Assembly (NCBI GenBank): GCA_009914755.4
Contig: CP068257.2
Span: 30,624,001-30,688,000 of the forward strand
Direction: 5' to 3'
Origin: the human T2T-CHM13v2.0 reference genome, Homo sapiens
DNA length: 64,000 nucleotides
The number at the start of each line of letters is the position of its first letter. Positions within the stretch are counted from its first letter, which is position 1. Below the pieces are notes generated by a model that saw nothing but the letters and a program-made list of their open reading frames with translations, made no database searches and was not told the DNA's origin. Shown piece by piece: positions 56,399 through 64,000 of this stretch. The position numbers were made by a program, and so were the translations under genes.

Positions 56399-56700
56399 TC
56401 TTTTTTTTTTCTTTTTTTTTTTGAGACTGAGTCTTGCTCTGTTGCCAGGCTGGGGTGCAGTGGCGCAATCTTGGCTCGCTGCAACTTCCGACTCCTTGGT
56501 TCAAGTGATTCTCCTGCCTCAGCCTCCTGAGTAGCTGGGATTACAGGCGCCCACCACCACACCCAGCTAATTTTTGTATTTTCAGTAGAGACGGGGTTTC
56601 CCTATGTTGGCCAGGATTGTCTCGATCTCCTGACCTCATGATCCACCTGCCTCTGCCTCCCAAAGTGCTAGGATTACAGGTGTGAACCTCCATGCTTGGC
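56399..56700 (-). mobile_element. Alu SINE (reverse)
   Basis: t-run gagactgagtcttgctctgttgccaggctggggtgcagtggcgcaatc...ggtgtgaacctccatgcttggc. Confidence 0.9.
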
Positions 56701-56726
56701 ACAGGGAGGATGCATCTCTAGCCAAG

Positions 56727-57076
56727 TGTTTTAGTTTGTTCTCGGCTGCTAAGAAAGACATATCCGAGGCTGGATAATTTATAAAGGAAAGAGGTTTAAT
56801 GGACTCACAGTTTCACATGGCGGGGGAGGCTTCACAGTCATGGCAGAAGGCAAAGGAAGAGCAAAGCCACATCTTACATGACACAGGCAAAAGGGCATGT
56901 GCAGGGAAACTCCCCTTTATAAAACCATCAGATCTCATGAGACTTACTATCACGAGAACAGCATGGGAAGACCCGCCCCCATGATTCAATTACCTCCCAC
57001 TGGGTCCTTCCCACGACACGTGGGGATTATTACAATTCAAGGTGAGATTTGTGTCGTGACGCAGCCAAACCATATC
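56727..57076 (-). mobile_element. MaLR solo LTR (THE1 family), reverse orientation, in MRAP intron 4
   Basis: tgttttagtttgttctcggctgctaagaaagacatatccgaggctggataatttataaaggaaagaggtttaatggactcacagtttcacatggcggg...caattcaaggtgagatttgtg...gcagccaaaccatatca. Confidence 0.8.
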
Positions 57077-57440
57077 ACCAAGATACAAGTTGGCTTGGGC
57101 TATGGATATAAAATGAACTACACTCAGATACAGCGCTGGATGGGAGGTCAACCTGCTCCCCTCCACCCCCCACCCCCCCCATCCTAAATCAATGTAGGAA
57201 GAAGTGGCCTCCAGGGAAAGACCTGAGGCCTAGTTCCTGACAAAGCACTTCCTCTCCTCTGAGATTTCTCTAGAATGGCCACCTTTGTGAGCTGGCTGAC
57301 CCTTCTCAGGAATTTGCCTGTGTGGCCTTCCCTATGGGGTCCGGGCAGATGGCAGGTGTGGCAGGAAACCCCCCAGCCCCACAGTATGGACTGTTCTGCA
57401 GCAACTATGATGCCTGCCTCCCACTCTGCTCTGTTCACAG

Positions 57441-57753
57441 GAACAGCCCCAAGCACCACCAAACATGCCCCTGGAGTCACGGCCTCAACCTCCACCTCTG
57501 CATCCAGAAGTGCCTGCCGTGCCACAGGGAACCCCTGGCAACCTCACAGGCTCAGGCGAGCTCAGTGGAGCCAGGGAGCAGAACTGGCCCTGACCAGCCG
57601 CTACGACAGGAGAGCTCCTCCACCTTGCCCCTCGGGGGTTTCCAGACCCACCCCACTCTCCTCTGGGAACTGACCCTCAATGGGGGTCCCCTCGTCAGGA
57701 GCAAGCCCAGCGAGCCTCCCCCTGGAGACAGGACCTCTCAATTGCAGAGCTGA
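57441..57753 (+). CDS. MRAP: MRAP-alpha terminal coding exon (exon 5): (R)NSPKHHQTCPWSHGLNLHLCIQKCLPCHREPLATSQAQASSVEPGSRTGPDQPLRQESSSTLPLGGFQTHPTLLWELTLNGGPLVRSKPSEPPPGDRTSQLQS*
   Basis: Acceptor ctctgttcacag| (AG 57439-40); in-frame TGA at 57751-57753; gives the 172-aa alpha isoform. Confidence 0.92.
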
Positions 57754-58018
57754 TGTCAGTAAATCGTGGCCATAGCTGAGTGAACTGGTGAAATCAAGCC
57801 AACCTGGACACATACGTTCCTCGTTCTTCTTAGAGGCCATTTGCATGTAGCAGAAAGGGCGCCTAGGTCAAGTGCAACTAGAGCAGGAGCATCCTATGCC
57901 TTTGACAAAGATTGCAGTGGCCCCTCGAGTGCAGAGGTCATCCCAGGTGTTGCTGAGTTTATTGAGCACACCTAGCCTGCTTGCTTACTGCTTATATTTG
58001 CTCAGGGAAGAGTAGGAA

Positions 58019-58024
58019 AATAAA
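58019..58024 (+). promoter_or_regulatory. MRAP: candidate poly(A) signal AATAAA for the MRAP-alpha exon 5 transcript
   Basis: First AATAAA 3' of the alpha stop codon; actual 3' end not verifiable from sequence alone. Confidence 0.3.
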
Positions 58025-59930
58025 ATATATGCAAATCAAGAGGAAAAGCTGTTTGCTTACTAATCTTTACTATGCCACTTTACCATTACTGTGTAATGCG
58101 TTATCAGCCCTGAGTTCACCTGGTCCTTCTGTACCTTTGTTAGGATGCTGGGTAAGTTCCCATCCAAGCTCCACTAACACCCGCCGGCTCCCCCAGATGT
58201 GATGGCATCTGCCCTGCCAGGTCAGCTCACTGCAGTCTGGGGACCTGAGTTGCACCTTCAACCTCCCCACAGCCTTTCAAAGACAGAGCCCAAGAAAGTG
58301 TCTCCCCTGGAGGGCAGGCAGCCAACGCCTGTCAGCAGCCAGGCCGGGTAAGCAGGATCTATGCCCAAATGCTGTCACAGAACACAAAGAGCCCTGGAAG
58401 CTGGCAGGAAAGGTCTTCTGGATGTGACTTTATGTGACAGTGGATCTGGGACCCTTGAAAGATCTAGTCCTCTAGTGCCCAGCAGCCTTGTCCCTGGAGA
58501 GGAGACAGCATCACACAGCAAATCTCAGAAGACCCATATGTCCCCTACAGCTTTCAGGCAAGGAGGGAGTTGATAGGTTTTATTTTTAAAATAACTGTAC
58601 CCCCCGCCCCACTTAAGATATTTCTAATTTAGCATTTTATATTTTAAGTCAGGTGAAGACCATGTTCGATCTATTCTCCATGGGATGAGATTCCCTTCCT
58701 CCACACTAAGTGACTGGAAAATACACGAACAAGGTCAGGGCAGTGGATTTAAAAGGGAGAACAAAGAAAAGCAAGACTGATGAGCTCCAGAGATGCAGAA
58801 AAGAAGGTGAGGTGCTGAAAATGTGTCCTCACTTGACTGAGCTGGAACTCGGCTTTGGAGCATTTGTCGCCACCTGACGTAGTATGTATTGACTTGCTGG
58901 GCCCTAAGAACCTGGGAGGCAGCTTAGGCCTGGAGCCAGGGATGAAGCCGTGGAAATCCACCCCACCTGCTCGCTGCCCCTCCCTGTGCCCCCAGAGGCA
59001 TGGGGTTCAGGGATATTCCCCAGACCAATGTCCTTCCGGCCAATGCCCCCTGCATAAACAAGCAGAGGTGCCTATAACCAAAGGAATCCCCAAAGATAGG
59101 CCTTGGAGAGGTGGATAAAGATTAAGGGGAACCAGGAAGAGAACGCTTTGTTGGAGCAGCGCTTGCCTGAGTCCAGCTTGGATCTAAACGTGGGATTTCA
59201 AGTTCAGGATAGTCTCAAAGAATAGCGTTGTAAGGTTTATTTGGGTAGGGAAGGGGACAAGTGAGGTAACTGATCCTTGCTTTGTAGACAGTGCAAGACA
59301 ATTATTTGTGGTGAAGGGACTGTATGCCAACAAACGTTACTCATGCTTTAGTTAAAACTTTAAGTCACCTAAAACAGAAACAATTCTAAAGAACACTGGT
59401 GGAAAATAGAAGTGTAAATGTTTCAGACAAAACCAAGGCATTGTCAGCACGATGTACATTATACGGCAGATAAAACAGCCACATCCTAGGCCACAGAGCA
59501 GATCCCAAGAGCCCCAGGCATGCAGGAGAGTTTTAAAGGAACAGACGGAAATTTTAACTGTGAAAACCACGAAATTTCATGACTTTTGTCAGCTACAACC
59601 CCAACTAATATATGACCATTAAGAGTAAAATTCTGACCTTTAAAATAAATGCAGGCCTATGTGGAGCAAAAATAGCCTCTTAACAACAATGAAAGGAAAA
59701 CACAAAAACCTTACAAAAATAGACATTAACAAGCATTTATAAAATTCAAAATCCCCTCTTTGAAGTATAGCTTTAAAAATTACAGGCTGTCTTCTCAAAG
59801 CAGAGGTCAAATCACTTTTATTCTTTAAGGATTCAGTGTAACATCCTTTTCTTTAATAAAATAATTAAACACTGGCAGAAATTAACTTATTCAAAAAGTC
59901 ATACTAATACTTTGTTATGACTTTTTATAG

Positions 59931-60239
<309 letters not shown>

Positions 60240-60307
60240 TGAAAAATAAACTTTAAACATCTCTCTTCGTTTTCATAAAAAAAATCTGATACCTTTTGAC
60301 ATTTCAG

Positions 60308-60410
60308 CTTTAACACAGATGAATCTCTTCTGCATTCAGAAGTGCTGCCTCAAACTCGAGCTATTTCCTGTGATGAGCTCCAAGCCCCTAGAGAGGAAGG
60401 GGCGGCCTGA
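60308..60410 (+). CDS. MRAP: MRAP-beta terminal coding exon (exon 6): (S)FNTDESLLHSEVLPQTRAISCDELQAPREEGAA*
   Basis: Acceptor ttgacatttcag| (AG 60306-07); spliced to exon 4 (AG+C=Ser) gives exactly 102 aa (68+1+33), the annotated MRAP-beta isoform length; TGA 60408-60410. Confidence 0.88.
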
Positions 60411-60535
60411 CGAGGCACTGGATGGGCCTCATGGCCTAGAAGTCCCCACATTCCTTGCAACTCTGATGCTGGGCACCTACAGGCCCGAGTTTATCATTTA
60501 CTGGGCAGTTCAATAAAGTCCTCTCAACTTTTCTT
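60308..60535 (+). other. MRAP: MRAP exon 6 including 3'UTR; AATAAA at 60512-60517, predicted cleavage ~60535
   Basis: Canonical hexamer 100 nt after the beta stop codon, followed by a T-rich region. Confidence 0.7.
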
Positions 60536-60674
60536 GTCAAAGAACTGAGCCAATGTACTGAACCTGTTGTTTCCCATGCCTTCTCTGGAAACCCTTGACT
60601 CAACCAAACTTCTAGAAGCTGGTGCTGTGCTCGAGGCTCTGGTCATCAGGGTGCAAGGTGCTGGCCGGCAGGAG

Positions 60675-60847
60675 TCAAGCATCTGAGGCTGCGCTGGCGG
60701 CGTCCTTGCAGAGCACCACGATGGCCTCCTCTTCACTGCTCGGGGCATCATCTGCGGCCTCACACACCATCCGGACGTGGGTTAAGAGGGTGTCCGGCCG
60801 CTGAGCCCCCAGCCAGATGTCCTTTATGTAGAGAGACACTAGGAATG
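60675..60847 (-). CDS. URB1: putative URB1 terminal coding exon: (A)FLVSLYIKDIWLGAQRPDTLLTHVRMVCEAADDAPSSEEEAIVVLCKDAASAASDA*
   Basis: Minus-strand acceptor cttgttcagcctccgcag| (alternative ..ctag| 9 nt inside; both keep frame). Phase-1 compatible with the upstream donor CAAG|gtaagg at 62224. Stop TGA = plus 60677-60675. URB1 identity inferred from position (the gene convergent on MRAP); not verified by homology. Confidence 0.5.
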
Positions 60848-61090
60848 CTGCGGAGGCTGAACAAGAGCAGGGGATAGGCCATTAGGATGCACACCTGCTC
60901 AGCTCGAAAACAGGTCATCCTGCCCACAATGCAACGGCTTTGCCAAGTGCCCAAATGAACCGTGCCACAGGCCTGGGCAACCCAAGGTGAGCACACCGAT
61001 ACAACAACTCACTCTGCCTTTGCTTAACTTTTGTGTTAATCTTTTTTATTATTAAAAAGTTTCTTTTCTTTAAAAAAAAAAAAAAAAAAA

Positions 61091-61346
61091 GACAGGGTCT
61101 CACTCTGTCACCCAGACTGGAGTGCAGTAGTGTGATCTCAGCTCACTACAGCCTCAACTGCCTGGGCTCAGGTGATCCTCCCACCTCAGCCTCCAGAGTA
61201 GCTGGGACTACAGGCATCTGCCACCACGCCCGGCTAATTTTTGTAGAGACAGGGTTTCACTATGTTGCCCAGGCTGGTCTCAAGCAATCTCCCCACCTCA
61301 GCCTCCCAAAATGCTAGGATTATAGGTGTGAGCCACTGTGCCTGGC
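61091..61346 (-). mobile_element. Alu SINE (reverse) preceded by an A-run
   Basis: gacagggtctcactctgtcacccagactggagtgcagtagtgtgatctcagctcactacagcctc...ggtgtgagccactgtgcctggc. Confidence 0.85.
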
Positions 61347-61779
61347 AAAAATTTATCTTTCTTCTGATGAATATGTGTGGATCCCCTCAAAAAGCTGTTA
61401 CAAGACAAGTCTCTTCCTGGTTCTGACCATCCATGCCAAGAATGACAATGAAATTTGAGAAGAACTTCCCAGAATCATTTCCTACCATTTCCTCAGTGGC
61501 ATGGGTGAGGAGGAGGAGAAAGCTTGCAGGCAAAAAGGCTCAATTCCCCAACTGCGGCCAGACCAGAGGGCAAGGTCACCCTGCTACCAGGTGAGCCTAC
61601 CCGATAGGCTGCCAGCCCCTCCCTCCCCTGGGCCCCCACATTCCTCTGTGAAAGGACAGACCTCTGGGTTACCACACCCACCTCCCTGGAGCTCTAACGG
61701 CCCCCTGGAGCTTGTGCTACTCACTCATTCACACTGCTAGGCTCCTAGTGACTGCCAAGTACATAAACTGTTCATGTGC

Positions 61780-61880
61780 GCATTTATACGCATGTGAAGC
61801 TCTATGTGCACACACACGCGCATGCGCATGCACATGCGCACACATGCAAGCATACGCACGCACGCGCGCACACAGCTGGC
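61780..61880. repeat. CA/CG-rich low-complexity tract (GCGCATGCGCA-containing)
   Basis: cacacacgcgcatgcgcatgcacatgcgcacacatgcaagcatacgcacgcacgcgcgcacac. Confidence 0.8.
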
Positions 61881-62223
61881 CACATGTGAAACAGAACTCA
61901 TCATGTGCCTAATGGTCAGAAACCCATTGCCCTGCGGGGTGGAGGGATGCCAAGGTTCTGAGGTGCCCTCTCTGCACCGTCAACATAACCAGCACCAAAG
62001 GTTTCCCCTGCAAGCAAAGGCAAAGACTTCCTTCCCTTCACATTCACTGCCCAGTGGCAAGCTCTCTGCAACCCCAGAACCGTAAGGGGCCACCTAAACA
62101 AGCACAATACCCAGCTGAGGAAGTCAGCAGAAACCTGAGTGTTCTAAGCACAGAAATCACTCCTGCCCCCAGGCCCACTTCTGCATCTATTTCTTCAGCC
62201 TCCAACAAAAGAACCAGCCTTAC

Positions 62224-62823
62224 CTTGTGTGGCTTCATCCTTCTCACTCAGAGAAGACAGGGAGAGGGCTTCCATGGCCGGGTGGAAGGGGCTCCCTGCC
62301 CGGCCCTGGGCGGCCACCAGCTGCAGCATGACCGTATTGAACAGGCAGGCCACCTCCTGCACAGGCCCTGCCAGCCCCTCAGCCCCACAGAGCCGGCTAT
62401 ACAGCCTGAATATGCTGCTCCTCACGGCACTGTCCTTAAGGAGGTCAGCCACGACCACAGGGTGTGGCAAAATATGGCTCTTAAGCCAGCCAATGAGTCC
62501 TGCAGCCTCTGCCCTGCTGAGCGGGTGCTCGGCCACCGACCGCAGCACCCAACTGACTGCCAGGGAAGCGGCAGCATATACGGGGCCTGGCGCATCGCTC
62601 TCGGGGCTGGCTGAGTCCACAGGCTCCTGAGTGGGGTCAGGACCAGGGATCACTGGTCTCCAGTAAGTCAAGATGGACCTCAGGAGGCCCTTGCATGTCT
62701 CCAAGGTAGATGCCATCAGCTCAGGGTCAGCCATCTCCTCTGCCTCCCCAGGCCTCCTCTTTCGGCCCCGTGGGCCTTTGGCTCGGGCTGGCATGACAGG
62801 CTTGTTCTTATCCTTGAGCATTT
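62224..62823 (-). CDS. URB1: URB1 penultimate coding exon (600 nt): (K)MLKDKNKPVMPARAKGPRGRKRRPGEAEEMADPELMASTLETCKGLLRSILTYWRPVIPGPDPTQEPVDSASPESDAPGPVYAAASLAVSWVLRSVAEHPLSRAEAAGLIGWLKSHILPHPVVVADLLKDSAVRSSIFRLYSRLCGAEGLAGPVQEVACLFNTVMLQLVAAQGRAGSPFHPAMEALSLSSLSEKDEATQ(A)
   Basis: Long minus ORF; acceptor ctttgtgcatttaacag| (AG = plus 62825/62824); strong donor ACACAAG|gtaagg (GT = plus 62223/62222). 2+3x199+1 nt. Phase matches exon at 63434-63675. Confidence 0.65.
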
Positions 62824-63433
62824 CTGTTAAATGCACAAAGAGAAGGTAATGAGACTGGGGTCCCTCCTGCCCACACAGATCCAGATGTGGGGAGGTGTCA
62901 ATGGGGGACACGAGGGGCGGCTTGCATGTCCTGAGCACCCGGCCCTGCTCCCACGTCAGGAGCCTGGTGAGTGCTCGATGTTTCACTACGCCTGTCATCA
63001 CTGTTATTATAACCAACTTATTAATCCTCACACCATGAGGTAGAAGCCATTACTGTCCTCTTTAAACACAGGGAATCAGGACAGCATCAGAGCTTCAGTC
63101 CAGGAGGCCAGGTTCCAGTCTTTTCCTTAACCCTGCACTACAGGAGGAGGTTGGGGCAAGTAGCTCATAGCTACCCCCAGCCTCTTTACAGGTGAGCACC
63201 ATGATACTAAGGTAGGTGAAGTGACTTCTCCAAAGACAGGGAGCTAGTAAGCAGCTGGGCTGAAACTCAAAGGCTGCCCAGCTCCCCATCCAGGGCTCCA
63301 AGATGGATGTGTCCCATCTCTGAGCCTCATTAGCTTTGGAAATGTGGCTGAGAGACAGAGAGAGAGGGAGGGACGGACAGGGTGAGAGAGACATGTTGGC
63401 TACTCTGGGCCAGTCCTGGGTTCTGACACTCAC

Positions 63434-63675
63434 TCATGAGCTCCCGGGCTTGGGCCTTCTCAATGGCTGCTCTCAGGTCTTCCTGGAGCTTGAGGTCTCT
63501 TTCAATGAGGCTCCACTTGTGCAAGAGGACAAGGACGTCCTTGGTGGAAAGCACTGTCTCATTTACGGTGAATCTGTTCATGTCCCTAAAGGCCTGTATG
63601 ACAGTGGCCCGGTACCTCAGCACGGAGTCAAGTGTCCCGAAGAAGTTGGTCAGCTGGACGGGGGCCAAGGTGGGC
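63434..63675 (-). CDS. URB1: URB1 coding exon (242 nt): (x)PTLAPVQLTNFFGTLDSVLRYRATVIQAFRDMNRFTVNETVLSTKDVLVLLHKWSLIERDLKLQEDLRAAIEKAQARELM(K)
   Basis: Acceptor ctcccaaacag| ; donor CTCATGA|gtgagtgtcag (GT = plus 63433/63432). Coordinates near 63660-63720 may be off by 1 because the printed sequence and the ORF track disagree on homopolymer lengths. Confidence 0.6.
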
Positions 63676-64000
63676 CTGTTTGGGAGTCAATGTTACAGAC
63701 TGAGCAAAGGCTGCTGCCCCTGCCTGGCAGTCAGCACTGCGGCACCCTGACGACATCACACACCCAGAGGTGCACACAGTCCCTCCAGGAACCAGGTTTT
63801 CCTGCACAGCAGACATCTAGCATGGGCCCCCAGGACGCAGAAAAGAAAAAAGTGAGCCACTCCAGGAAGGCACAAAGGGGACCTGGAGTCTGACCTGCAC
63901 CCCACAGGCACAGAAACCTCCTGAAACCCTGGCTAAACAGGGCAGCCAAACACACAGCTTGACAGCCAGGGTGCCAAGAGCCTGCGAGGGCTCCACTCCA

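Noticed and set aside
61780-61880. Multiple GCGCATGCGCA (NRF1-like) motifs
   Set aside because: They are embedded in a CA/CG low-complexity microsatellite in a URB1 intron and not in a CpG-island promoter. They are most likely incidental.
62195-63031. 278-aa minus-strand ORF taken at face value as a single CDS
   Set aside because: The ORF tool starts it at a GTG. The real exon is bounded by an acceptor at plus 62825/62824 and a strong donor CAAG|gtaagg at 62223/62222, and the reading frame continues in a further exon at 60847–60675. It is therefore reported as an internal URB1 exon rather than a stand-alone gene.
63655-63725. One-base inconsistencies between the printed sequence and the ORF track
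   Set aside because: Three independent ORFs (63336–63893 +, 63436–63750 +, 63330–63668 −) require GACGGGGGCC (5 G) and CTGCCCCTGCC (4 C). The printed text shows 6 G at 63660–63665 and 3 C at 63718–63720. This is probably a homopolymer transcription quirk. It shifts coordinates by ±1 only within 63,66x–63,72x and has no biological meaning.

Overview
This window is human (primate) genomic DNA, not a microbial accessory region. About 50 Alu copies, MIR and L1 fragments, MaLR THE1/MST LTRs and an HERV9 LTR12 are scattered across it. From the encoded proteins and the gene order I place it on chr21q22.11, centromere to telomere on the + strand. (a) MIS18A lies complete on the − strand. All five coding exons reconstruct exactly with GT/AG junctions into a 233-aa protein. 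Its promoter is a CpG island carrying an NRF1 palindrome and GC boxes. (b) MRAP lies on the + strand. I recover coding exons 3 and 4 and both alternative terminal exons: exon 5 (MRAP-alpha, stop at 57753) and exon 6 (MRAP-beta, which closes a 102-aa ORF). I also mark a candidate TATA/TSS near 37.5 kb. (c) The 3' terminal exons of URB1 lie on the − strand. They converge on MRAP and interleave with its exons 5 and 6. Intronic and intergenic space is ordinary repeat-rich human sequence. I find no prokaryotic-type system (CRISPR, operon, defence island) and no convincing novel protein-coding gene. The largest ORFs in the track (up to 309 aa) are artefacts of a CpG-rich minisatellite, the CpG island and the LTR12 GC-rich region. 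The things most worth a second look are all non-coding. They are the unusual CpG-rich minisatellite plus AT-rich satellite in MRAP intron 3, the LTR12 with its CCAAT-box tandem array just 3' of MIS18A, the MRAP/URB1 convergent overlap, an in-frame uORF in the MIS18A leader, a double Alu insertion into one target site, and an inverted Alu cluster. Repeat coordinates are approximate (about ±10 bp). Exon junctions were worked out base by base.
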